Source of the DNA: Candidatus Poseidoniaceae archaeon
GTDB taxonomy: Archaea > Thermoplasmatota > Poseidoniia > Poseidoniales > Poseidoniaceae
Direction: 5' to 3'
NCBI GenBank assembly: GCA_943788295.1
Contig: CALSPS010000002.1
Span: 187,352 to 251,351 of the forward strand
Length of the DNA stretch: 64,000 bases
Shown here: in pieces, positions 9,495 to 18,900 of the stretch
Layout of the letters: the number at the start of each line of letters is the position of its first letter
Position numbering within the stretch: the first letter of the stretch is position 1
Made by a program: the position numbers and the translations under genes
The notes under the pieces: generated by a model
What the model saw: only the letters and a program-made list of their open reading frames with translations
Databases searched by the model: none
What the model was told of the DNA's origin: nothing

Positions 9495-10730
9495 ATGACA
9501 GGCGACCTGTTCTCTTCTGAATCCGTAACCCGGGGCCACCCTGACAAGCTTTGCGACACCGTATCGGATGCCATTGTAGACGCCTGTTTGGCCGTTGATC
9601 CAAACGCCCGTGTGGCGGTTGAAACCTGTGTCAAGGGGAAAGAAAACCTAGGACTCATTGTGCTTGCTGGTGAAGTTTCACTCAACGGTCCGGCACCAGA
9701 TTACGAAGCAGTTGCACGCACTGCGGCCGTCGAGGTGGGGTACAACTCCCATGAGATTGGAATGGATGCAAGATCCGCTGAGTGGACAGAAGTCCAAGTT
9801 CACATCACAACTCAATCTTCAAACATCGCACAGGGTGTCAACAAGGATGGATTATCACAAGGTGCCGGTGACCAAGGGCTCATGTTTGGGTATGCCTGCA
9901 CTGAAACCGAATCATTCGACGAATTGAAGGGTCGCTTTTTCCCACTTGCTGCTGCGCTGTCCCAACGGCTCACACGACGGCTGACTGCCGTTCGAGAACA
10001 AGGCATTCTTCCATGGGCAAGACCCGATGGTAAATCTCAGGTGACCGTGGAGTACGACGAACATGGTGCCGTGTCAAAGGTACACACCGTTGTCATTGCC
10101 ATCCAACACGACAAGGCTCTCAAGGAACAATTTGACGGTTCAGAGGAAGCAGAACTCGCTCATGTGCGCAGCGAAATCGAGAAACATGTTGTCCAGTATG
10201 CCATCCCCGAAAGTTTGCTTGAGGGCGGTTACAAATTAGTCGTCAACGGGACAGGCCGTTTCGCAGATCCAGGAGGCCCATACGCAGATGCTGGTTTGAC
10301 TGGTCGAAAAATCATCGTCGATACATACGGAGGCATGGGCCGCCATGGTGGTGGCGCATTCTCAGGAAAAGATCCATCCAAAGTCGATCGGTCCGCAGCC
10401 TACGCATCCCGTTGGGCAGCAAAACACGTCGTCGCTGCTGGTCTTGCAGACCGTTGTGAAATCCAGCTTGCATACGTGATTGGCGTGGCTGAACCAGTGA
10501 GCGTTCGTGTTGAAACCTTCGGTACTTCCAGCCTAAACGATCGACTTCTTTCTGATCGTGTCAAGAAGGTCTTCGATTTCAGACCGGGCGCCATTGCTCG
10601 AGATTTACAACTTCTACGGCCAATTTATTCCACCACCGCAGCAGGTGGGCATTTCGGAAGGATTCCAGGGGACGATGGAACGTTCCCTTGGGAAGTGATT
10701 GAAGAATCACGTATTTCGAAGTTGCAGTAA
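9495..10730 (+). CDS. metK: S-adenosylmethionine synthetase (bacterial/eukaryal MetK type)
   Basis: FSSESVTRGHPDKLCDTVSDAIVDACL is the MetK N-terminal GHPDK signature, with MetK glycine-rich loops downstream. Start at ATG 9495, preceded by GAGGGGGGG. An AT-rich divergent intergenic region (9336..9494) is shared with aspS. Confidence 0.85.
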   Translation: MTGDLFSSESVTRGHPDKLCDTVSDAIVDACLAVDPNARVAVETCVKGKENLGLIVLAGEVSLNGPAPDYEAVARTAAVEVGYNSHEIGMDARSAEWTEVQVHITTQSSNIAQGVNKDGLSQGAGDQGLMFGYACTETESFDELKGRFFPLAAALSQRLTRRLTAVREQGILPWARPDGKSQVTVEYDEHGAVSKVHTVVIAIQHDKALKEQFDGSEEAELAHVRSEIEKHVVQYAIPESLLEGGYKLVVNGTGRFADPGGPYADAGLTGRKIIVDTYGGMGRHGGGAFSGKDPSKVDRSAAYASRWAAKHVVAAGLADRCEIQLAYVIGVAEPVSVRVETFGTSSLNDRLLSDRVKKVFDFRPGAIARDLQLLRPIYSTTAAGGHFGRIPGDDGTFPWEVIEESRISKLQ

Positions 10731-10820
10731 TGTCTTCTTCTCGGTATGGAAAGCGAATATTGAGCGGCCCATAGGGCCGATTCACTCAAGAGGTAGGCAT
10801 CCGTGGCTTGACTCGGTCTT

Positions 10821-13800
10821 ATGTCGTCTCGCTCCACTCGTGCTTTGGCCCTCGTCTCTGTTTTGCTTCTCGCAAGCCTCGCTCCGCTTGCGGTGCCGGC
10901 TGCTGCACACAGCGCAATTTTACTCTCCACAGACACCAGTCACGTGGTTCTTCAGCCCGGCGATGCAACCAACGTTACGCTCACAATCGAAAACAACGGC
11001 TCCTCCATCGAATCCTTCAACATCAGCGTGGATGACTCTGGACTTTCCAATGTGTGGACCGTAACTGCGGTTGATGCAACAGTGGACAATGTGTTCCCAA
11101 CTTGGACACGCAACACAACCATCGTTGTGCAATTGGCGACCGGGGCATTACCATCTGATGGTGGTTCATTCCTCATCGAGGTGACAGAACCAGATCAGAA
11201 CATTACTTCCTCGGTCGTCGTTTATGTCAACGTGCAACCTTCCTACAATCCTTTGTTGGATTTCAGTTCAAGCGGTCCTTTGTTGGAAATGGCGGCTGGT
11301 GCCTCAGGCAACGTCGCCGTTGACATCACCAATGGCGGTTCTGTAGCAGATACCCTTCTTTTGGATGTGGATTTCGAGCCAGACCTTGCCGCATGGTGGG
11401 CATCGAACGGCAACGCTACGGGTGGTAACGGGACCGGCAACGGGACTGGCAGCGGGAATGGAACCGGCAACGGGACTGGCAGCGGGAATGGAACCGGTAA
11501 CGGGACTGGCAGCGGGAATGGAACCGGTAACGGGACTGGCAGCGGGAATGGAACCGGTAACGGGACTGGCAGCGGGAACGGAACCGGCAATGGAACAGGT
11601 GGTGCCAACACAACCACCATCTCGAACGTCCTGATGTTCGGGAACAGTTACACCGCAAGCAGCAGCCTAAACGGTTTGCTCGAATCCATGGGCGTGCTCA
11701 ACGCCGATGCTATTTCGCCGGGTGGTAAGCGTTTAGATCAACACTGGAGCGATGTCAACACCTCTGCTCATGCCTCAAACACCACCTTGAGGGACCCAGC
11801 GATTGACTGGGACTACGTAGTGCTTCAAGATCAAAGTCAAGTCCCAGGATTCTATCGTACAACCTCCTCTTGGATTGCAAGTAAGGATGGCGCGGTTGCA
11901 TTAAGCCAAGCCGTCGATGATGAAGGCTCTGAGTCAATTTTGTTCATGACATGGGGCCGTCGAAATGGAGATGCGATGAATCCGACCCTCTACTCAAATT
12001 TCACGGTCATGCAGGACCGCTTAGAAGAGGGCTACATCGACTACAGGGACAACATGACTGCTGCGGGTTCAACAGTTTGGATTGCACCTGTCGGTCTTGC
12101 CTTCAAGCACATTCACGATAATGTGGTTGCGGGTGGCGTCAACGCAAGCGTCAGTGGAAATCTGTTTTACGACCTCTATTCTTCAGACGGAAGCCACCCT
12201 TCCCTTGCTGGAAGTTACCTTGCAGCGTGTGTGCTTTATGCCACAATGACTGGAACATCCCCAGTTGGCTCGAACGACACCGTCTCCCTCAACGCCAACA
12301 TAAAACTCCAACTTCAGCAAGCAGCTGCTGCGACCGTCTTCAACGAAACATCGCACCTCGACTATCCTTGGGAAAGTTCGAGCACAACTTCGACAACGAG
12401 TGCACGAGGTTTGGGCGGTGGCGTTCCAGCTGGATGGAATGTCCAATGGGTCGACGATCAACTGGACAACATGAGTGCAGGGGAAACCCGTCAAGTGACC
12501 TTGCAGATCAGCGTACCTGCGGATGTAACACCAGATTTCTACGGATTCAGGCTTTACGCAGCATCGACCCAGGGCAACGTCTCGAGTTCGACCATTGTTG
12601 TTGTTCACGTGGACGAACAACACAACCTAAGCATGGCGTTCCTCGACCAAGATGCAGACTTCATCCCTGGGTCAACCCAGAACACAAGCGTTGTAGTGAC
12701 CAACACCGGAAACGCTGAGGCTGATTTCGATTGGTCGATTGAATCCATATCAGGTCCTTGCGCATTCGCCCTTCCTGTCGCGTCTGCGCTCGCCGTTTCA
12801 CCAGATCAAGCGGTCAATGTTGCCGTTCAGGTCGATGTGCCTGCCTCTGCAACCATTGCCGATTCATGCACATTCAGCCTTTCCGGGTCAACACCTGATG
12901 GCAGTGCGATGATGGTTGCAGGAAGCGACACATTCACGATCGCTGTCGATGAACATGTCGAGTTCGAAGTTGTTGCTTTGGATTCGGTGGTTGAAGTGGA
13001 ACATGGTGCTGCATCCATGTACAATGTTCGTCTGTACAACAACGGAAGCGAAACCCGTTCGTTCAACCTAGAGGTTGTCGAGGTGACAGGCTTGGACACC
13101 GTTGTGACCTCCTCTCTTACGATTGATGTGGCCGCGGGTGAAACTGGTCTTTGGGCCATTGAAACTCAGGCAGATGAAGGCACAGTGGGCGACTTCATTC
13201 AATTCTTTGAGGTCATCCGTGGAGATCAAACTTCAACCACATCTGTGGAAATTGAAGTCTTGCCAACGGCACAAATCGAGTTGGCAGGGCCTCTGGATGG
13301 TCGAATTTTGATGCAGCCAGGTTCCACAAGCAGCACCGTCTTGACTGTGACCAATACTGGTACAGGAAACGTTTCTTTGGTGGCTTCTCTTTCCGGGCTA
13401 CCGGCTTCAGTCCAAGCGGAAATCAGCCACACATCGCTGTCGCTGACCGTTGGTGAAACCGCTCAAGTTCACCTCAATCTTTCTTTAGCGAACAATGCAG
13501 ATCCGGGGACGCATCCACTCACGATAGGCTTTGGTGGTTCAGGGGCCTCGGCAACAACAAGCATTGATTTGCAAATCCAAGACCGGTTTGCAGTGCTTGT
13601 TTCCACCACCTCGAGCGATATGGTCGCAGGCCCAGCCAACAATGCAAGTGCCACCTTTGATGTCACCAACCTCGGCACTTCCACGGACATTTACCAACTC
13701 AGCATCGTTGATGCCTCACAATCCGATTGGTTTTCATTCACGCTCTCCACGACCTCGGTCACGGTTGGAGCAGGAGAAACGGCAACCGTTGAATTGTCTG

Positions 13801-14951
13801 TTCGTGAAATTTCCACTGGTGCCACTTCCAACGGAATCACAGTGGCTCTTCTCGCAAGTTCTGGTACCGATGAAAATGCAGAGCATCACGTCAACTTGAC
13901 GGTACGTCCACAGATTGCTGGAGCGACCATTACCGTCATTGCTGATGATGATGAAGCCAAGCCTGGATCAAGCATTCGCGGCACAGTTGTGGTTCAGAAC
14001 AGCGGGACGGGCCAAGACCAACTTCTGCTGACCACCGTTGGTTTGGATTGTGGTGTGACGGCTCAATTCAACCTCGAAGCAGGTGCTTCGTCTTCCGCAA
14101 TTCCATGGTCGTGTGTCATTGAAGACACTGCACAATCTGGGCTTGGGGAATTGCTCTTCAGAGTCACCAGTTCGGCCCGCAGCGAGTATGTTGCAACCTA
14201 CACTGAAATTTACTCTGTTGAACCGTCATGGGATGCAAGTAATGTCCTTCAAGTCACAACCGATCTCGCCTCATACGCCGTACCCTATTCAGGCGGTACG
14301 ACTCTCGTTGTAACGGTTGAAAACCTCGCCAACACCCAAGTGTCGGGATCTTTGGATTTCGCTGGTGAAGGTTCAGCCATGCTCTTAGGGGAATGGTCAA
14401 GGTATGTTGACAATGCAAGCACATCGGCCTTTGTGCTCGCACCGTTTGCAAGCGTTGACTTTGAATTAACCCTTACTTCGAACGTTCAAAATGAAGAGGA
14501 TGCTGACTTATTCATCAAGGTCACTTACACCATCGATGCTACGACAACCACTTCTTCTGACCAATCTCCAAATTTTGCTGTGGAAGTTGCCGGTCCTGCC
14601 CAAGCACCACAAGGCGTAACCCTGCCGCTTGGATTCCAATTGGATCAGAATTCAACATTGAACGCATTGATCGGTGGTTGGGTCTTTTCCCTGCTTCTTC
14701 TTAGCGTGATGTACATCCAACGCTCACGTCGGGGCGAAGTGGAGGTTGAATCAGAGGACCAGGATGACGAAGTCGTTGAAGAAGCCTCGGAACCTGAACC
14801 AGCAACCTTAGGGTACAACGAGTGTCGAATGGAAGATGGCAAGGTCAGTTGCCCATCATGTGACGCTCGACTTGGTGTGCCTCGAAGCAGCGTGGCACCA
14901 TTCCGCTTTACATGTCCAAAGTGTCAAACTACGATCCGCGTGATTGAATGA
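10821..14951 (+). CDS. Giant secreted surface protein: signal peptide, NGT-sequon repeat linker, SGNH-hydrolase-like domain, long beta-rich repeat region, C-terminal TM helix and cytoplasmic acidic tail with zinc ribbon
   Basis: 1376 aa. The N-terminus MSSRSTRALALVSVLLLASLAPLAVPAAAHS is a signal peptide. (GNGTGNGTGS)n spans aa ~200-260. The VLMFGNSYT...DWDYVVLQDQSQ...ILFMTWGRRNG...DGSHPSLAGSYLAACVLYATMTG pattern matches an SGNH-like hydrolase family (recalled as DUF4886-type). It is Thr/Ser/Val-rich with many NxS/T sequons. The C-terminus has a TM helix (LIGGWVFSLLLLSVMYI), then an Asp/Glu-rich tail and CPSCDARLGVPRSSVAPFRFTCPKCQTTIRV. Confidence 0.7.
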   Translation: MSSRSTRALALVSVLLLASLAPLAVPAAAHSAILLSTDTSHVVLQPGDATNVTLTIENNGSSIESFNISVDDSGLSNVWTVTAVDATVDNVFPTWTRNTTIVVQLATGALPSDGGSFLIEVTEPDQNITSSVVVYVNVQPSYNPLLDFSSSGPLLEMAAGASGNVAVDITNGGSVADTLLLDVDFEPDLAAWWASNGNATGGNGTGNGTGSGNGTGNGTGSGNGTGNGTGSGNGTGNGTGSGNGTGNGTGSGNGTGNGTGGANTTTISNVLMFGNSYTASSSLNGLLESMGVLNADAISPGGKRLDQHWSDVNTSAHASNTTLRDPAIDWDYVVLQDQSQVPGFYRTTSSWIASKDGAVALSQAVDDEGSESILFMTWGRRNGDAMNPTLYSNFTVMQDRLEEGYIDYRDNMTAAGSTVWIAPVGLAFKHIHDNVVAGGVNASVSGNLFYDLYSSDGSHPSLAGSYLAACVLYATMTGTSPVGSNDTVSLNANIKLQLQQAAAATVFNETSHLDYPWESSSTTSTTSARGLGGGVPAGWNVQWVDDQLDNMSAGETRQVTLQISVPADVTPDFYGFRLYAASTQGNVSSSTIVVVHVDEQHNLSMAFLDQDADFIPGSTQNTSVVVTNTGNAEADFDWSIESISGPCAFALPVASALAVSPDQAVNVAVQVDVPASATIADSCTFSLSGSTPDGSAMMVAGSDTFTIAVDEHVEFEVVALDSVVEVEHGAASMYNVRLYNNGSETRSFNLEVVEVTGLDTVVTSSLTIDVAAGETGLWAIETQADEGTVGDFIQFFEVIRGDQTSTTSVEIEVLPTAQIELAGPLDGRILMQPGSTSSTVLTVTNTGTGNVSLVASLSGLPASVQAEISHTSLSLTVGETAQVHLNLSLANNADPGTHPLTIGFGGSGASATTSIDLQIQDRFAVLVSTTSSDMVAGPANNASATFDVTNLGTSTDIYQLSIVDASQSDWFSFTLSTTSVTVGAGETATVELSVREISTGATSNGITVALLASSGTDENAEHHVNLTVRPQIAGATITVIADDDEAKPGSSIRGTVVVQNSGTGQDQLLLTTVGLDCGVTAQFNLEAGASSSAIPWSCVIEDTAQSGLGELLFRVTSSARSEYVATYTEIYSVEPSWDASNVLQVTTDLASYAVPYSGGTTLVVTVENLANTQVSGSLDFAGEGSAMLLGEWSRYVDNASTSAFVLAPFASVDFELTLTSNVQNEEDADLFIKVTYTIDATTTTSSDQSPNFAVEVAGPAQAPQGVTLPLGFQLDQNSTLNALIGGWVFSLLLLSVMYIQRSRRGEVEVESEDQDDEVVEEASEPEPATLGYNECRMEDGKVSCPSCDARLGVPRSSVAPFRFTCPKCQTTIRVIE
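11425..11606 (+). repeat. Tandem 30-bp direct repeat (about 5.5 near-identical copies) inside the surface-protein gene, encoding GNGTGNGTGS units
   Basis: The unit gaaccggcaacgggactggcagcgggaatg recurs at 11461, 11491, 11521 and 11551 with only synonymous ggc/ggt and aat/aac changes. Partial copies flank it at 11431 and 11581. The repeat also creates spurious ORFs in other frames on both strands. Confidence 0.9.
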
Positions 14952-14954
14952 ATC

Positions 14955-15761
14955 TTATTCGGTTGAAGTTCTCTGAGCAATGAGCAAAAAGGCAGTGTGG
15001 CCGAATGGCCCGTTGACTGGTCGCATACCACCTTTCGATGCCTTGCCCCATTGGCGCTCCATGAGTTCTCCAGCCCATTCTACGGTGAGGCCAGCGCCTT
15101 CAGCAGCTTCCCATGCCAATTCAACTTGGCTGGTCACGGGGCAATAACACGCCATACGCCCGCCGACGGCAAGCAGCGAGGCGACAGCGTCAATTGCAGT
15201 GGGGTGTTGAGGCAAATCGAGAATGATTGCATCAAAAAACTCTGAATGAGAGCGAATTTCATCAACCACCTCTTCAATGGCTCCGTGAACGTGATGGTGG
15301 CTGGGGAATTCATGCCAAGATGCTCGTGCACGATCCATGTTTTTTAGGCCAACATCGGCGTGTTCTGATCGTGGTTCTACAGTGACATGAGTTCCACTTC
15401 CTCCAAGTGACCTCGCAATGTGCATCGAGAGGCCTGCACTGCCTAGTCCTGCTTCTAGGACACGGTCGCCCGATCCAATTCCAAGTTTTGCGATAAAGTA
15501 GCCAGCGTCTTTGGCACTGATGGTTTGTGCCCTTCGGAGCATTCCTCTGGAAAGTTCGGGGAGGCGGGGCGGCATTCTCGTCAATTGCTTTTGGCCAAGG
15601 GTGATGACGGTACCATAGGGTGCGCTCCCGATTGTATCAACAGGATCAAAAACACCCAAACCTTTGACTTTGCGAACGCCAGCCGACATTTCCACAACAT
15701 GGACTTTCCCTTCTGCTTCGACCAGAACTGCCCACGCATCGTTGACCATAAGCGATGCCAA
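14955..15761 (-). CDS. trmI: tRNA (adenine57/58-N1)-methyltransferase TrmI
   Basis: GDRVLEAGLGSAGLS is the SAM-binding motif 1. FFDAIILDLPQHP and a C-terminal GPFGHTAFLLIAQR match the TrmI/Gcd14 family (...HTGFLtfARk). Confidence 0.75.
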   Translation of the reverse strand: MASLMVNDAWAVLVEAEGKVHVVEMSAGVRKVKGLGVFDPVDTIGSAPYGTVITLGQKQLTRMPPRLPELSRGMLRRAQTISAKDAGYFIAKLGIGSGDRVLEAGLGSAGLSMHIARSLGGSGTHVTVEPRSEHADVGLKNMDRARASWHEFPSHHHVHGAIEEVVDEIRSHSEFFDAIILDLPQHPTAIDAVASLLAVGGRMACYCPVTSQVELAWEAAEGAGLTVEWAGELMERQWGKASKGGMRPVNGPFGHTAFLLIAQRTSTE

Positions 15762-15794
15762 CCGACGCTCGGTTTCAATCCTTCGTGGACCAAG

Positions 15795-15936
15795 ATGTTC
15801 TTTTGTTTAGGTTCCAGCGAAAATTATACATTTGTGCTTATTATAATCACATTGTAGCCCAGTGCCCCGTTTGTAAATTTAGATGCGCAGTCGGGAAAGG
15901 GGTTGGTTAAAATACCAACTAGGATGTGAAGGAAAC
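15795..15936 (+). promoter_or_regulatory. AT-rich divergent promoter region with several TATA-like boxes upstream of surface protein 2 (and trmI on the other strand)
   Basis: aaaattataca (15821-31), ttataatc (15841-48) and ttgtaaatttag (15871-82) sit in a locally AT-rich stretch. A weak SD AAGGAAAC precedes the ATG at 15937. Confidence 0.25.
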
Positions 15937-18900
15937 ATGAAGATGCCCGCTCGCCTTCTTGCTCTAACCATCGTAACTCTGTTCGTAGGAAGTGTTCTTA
16001 CAGGATTTACTGCAGAAATGAACTCAGTTTCATCAGATTTGATTCTTGAAGAACCTGCTGCTGTGAACCAAGCAAGTTCCGCAACAAGCCCTGGACACGT
16101 CGTGTTCGGCCAATACATCTCATCTGACAATTGTGGGCACTGCTCGAAGACAGGTGGAGGTTCTGACGCTCATCACGCAGTCAAGCAACTTCACCCGGAT
16201 GAGTACGTGTACATCACCTACATGTCCGCATCCTATGGCGACACAGACACCGCACGTGCTGGAAACGTCGCCCCATACAACTGGGCTTGGTCCACCGGTG
16301 GAGCACCCGATGCCTATTTCGGTGACCGAACCGACAAAGGCCAAAGTGGTGCATCAGCCAATTATGACACCTACGACACCCTCTTCTCCTCCGGTGGAGG
16401 AATGGCTTCAACCGTCAACGATTACGGAATGTCTGCATCAATCTCCCAAAGCGGTGGAACCTATGATGTCGATATTTCTTACCGATACTCCGGATCTGCA
16501 TCGCCAGCAAGCAACATGAAATTGTATGCAGCCCTCGTTGACAAAGACTGCACAGGGTACACCTACAGTTCGGGTATTCCCCATGGCTACAACTGCTGGA
16601 TGGCTTGGCTCACTGCTGGTGACACCTACAAATCAAAGAACGCAGGTACAGGATCGTCTTTCATCAGCGTAACACCAACATCCACCTCCCAATCCGAGAC
16701 TTGGAGCAGTATTCCAACCTCAGTGGTCCCAGGTGGTATCAACAAGGCGGTCGTCATTGGTGTGCTCATGTCTGGCAATCAAGTGTCCCTTGGCGGCAGT
16801 TCTGCCCACGTATACCACGCTATTGATTCCACAATGGGTCCAAAGATGGACCTGACCCCAGGGCCACTCACCGCCACAAATCCAGAAGGCGGCTCAGCTT
16901 ATGTGATCGGTGACACACTCACACTCTCCTCGAGCATCAGCAATGTTGGCGACCTTGATTACACCGCAGGTGGTACAATTGAATTCTTCTACAAGAACGG
17001 CGTCAACGAAGTTACCATCGATACGGTCTCTCTCAACAACCTCGCAATGGGCGCATCTCAGCCTGCTTCGGTTTCCTTTGACACATCGGTCCTTCCAAGC
17101 AATGGTTGGAAAACAACCTTCGGTGTTCGATTGACCGGATTGGTCGATGAAACCCAAAGCGCAAACAACGTCGCTCAGACGGAACTTGACCATGACCGGC
17201 CCCCCTTGGCCATGAAGGCCCAGGTCGAAGGCTCGAATGTCATTGCACGAGGCACCCAATTCAACATCCTTGCAAAGGGTGATGCAGACGACAATGTTGA
17301 CACGATTGAAAGCATGTCGTTCAACATTGAAGTCTCACCGAGCAGCCAAAACCAATGGTCGAATGCCATCGTCTCTGGTGGTGAAATGATCTTGTATCCC
17401 GGCTCAGCAAGCGAAGGTCGGGAATACCTCCTCAGTCCATCAATGGACATGACCTCTGGCTGGTATGACATCCGCTCACAAACTGTTGATTCACGAAGCC
17501 AAACCAGCGCATGGAGTGTGACCGCAGATGCCTTTGAACTTGCAAATGGGATTCCATCCATTGTCGCTGAACCGATCCCTTCGGTTCTGTGCGACATCAC
17601 CAGTAAAGTCGATATGACCCCTCACGTTTCGGATCCTGAAACCCCTCTAGAGGACCTTGTCATTACCTCGGACAGCCCTGCGTTCATCGCATGGCATGCC
17701 GCATCTGCAGAACTCGAAGTCAACTTTGCATGGAGCGAAATCAATGGATGCCCTCTCGGACAACAAGGCATCGAAATCCGAGTCGATGATGGTGGAGATT
17801 ATTCTCAAACCGGTGAATTGCCGTATGGGACCCTCTTGTTTAACATCCTCGAGAACGGACAACCTCGCTGGGAAGGCCTTCCAACTCAAACCATCGATGA
17901 AGGTGGCAGCGGTCTTATTGATTTGCTTCCATTCCTTTCCGACACTGACGACACCGGCCAATCGGTGAATGCAAACACCCTCGCCGTGTCGATGGTGAGC
18001 AGCTCCAACCCAGATGTGATTGAGTTCACCCTTGACGGCTACGCACTCGGCTTCGAGACTTTGGATGACGATGTCAACGGCCAGTCGATTGTAACCCTTC
18101 GTGCGAGCGATGGTGAACAAATCTCAGAACAGACCATGATGGTTCAAATCAACCCTGAAAACGATGCACCTCGTGTCGATATGGAGGGACTTGAATCCAT
18201 CAAACTCAAGCGAAACGAAGAGATGGTTGTCGACTTAGTCTCTCGAATCACAGACATTGACGATCCTGCTTCTGAGGCCTTTGTCACGGTGACACCATCC
18301 GAAGCTGGGGCTGCCCGGTACAATTTGCTCACGGGTCTGCTTACGATTCAGTTCGAAAAAGTTGGTTTACAAACTGTTTCGATCGAAGTCATGGACAAGT
18401 ATGACACCAACACCTACACGATGAACATCGAAATCTACGATGCGCTTCCTCTTGAACTCGCACTGGTTGACGATGGAACCGGTCACATCTTTGCGGACAT
18501 GTCAAACGCTTACATCGGGCAAACTCCAATCATTACAATGACCCTGACCGACAACGCTCCCGTGTTTACCTACCTGTATGCGACCTGGAACGTCTGCAAC
18601 ACCCTAACTGGTACCTGTGATGGGTTGCTCAGTTTTGAGATGGATGTGACCCAATCCAACACAGGCTGGACCAATGAACTCGATATGCCGTCCTTGGTCT
18701 TCGAAGGGCAATCTGCCCGTGCAGATGGAGCACGAGACCGTGATTACTACGAAGTTGAATTGATGGGTACCGCTGACGATGGTGAGGATTACAAGACCCT
18801 TTCAAAGGTCAAGTGGGACATCACTGAGAACGCACCAACGCCAGAAGAGATGACGGATGATGCGCTATCGAATCACATCGTGAACCTCCTGGCCACAAAA

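Noticed and set aside
11400-11620. Possible CRISPR array suggested by the regular short repeats
   Set aside because: Units are contiguous with no spacers, have period 30 with synonymous-only variation, and are in frame within a coding sequence. No cas genes are present.
11243-11658. ORFs encoding PVPLPVPF (minus, 11243..11620), MEPVTGLAAG (plus, 11365..11634) and RCQSRYRFHS (minus) repeat proteins
   Set aside because: They are alternative-frame or antisense read-throughs of the 30-bp tandem repeat inside the surface-protein gene. They have no independent start or RBS context, and the in-frame reading is continuous with a 1376-aa conserved-architecture protein.
16894-18120. Three 120-160-aa minus-strand ORFs inside surface protein 2
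   Set aside because: Antisense to a continuous 1146-codon ORF with a signal peptide and C-terminal anchor. They are Cys/Arg-rich junk composition.
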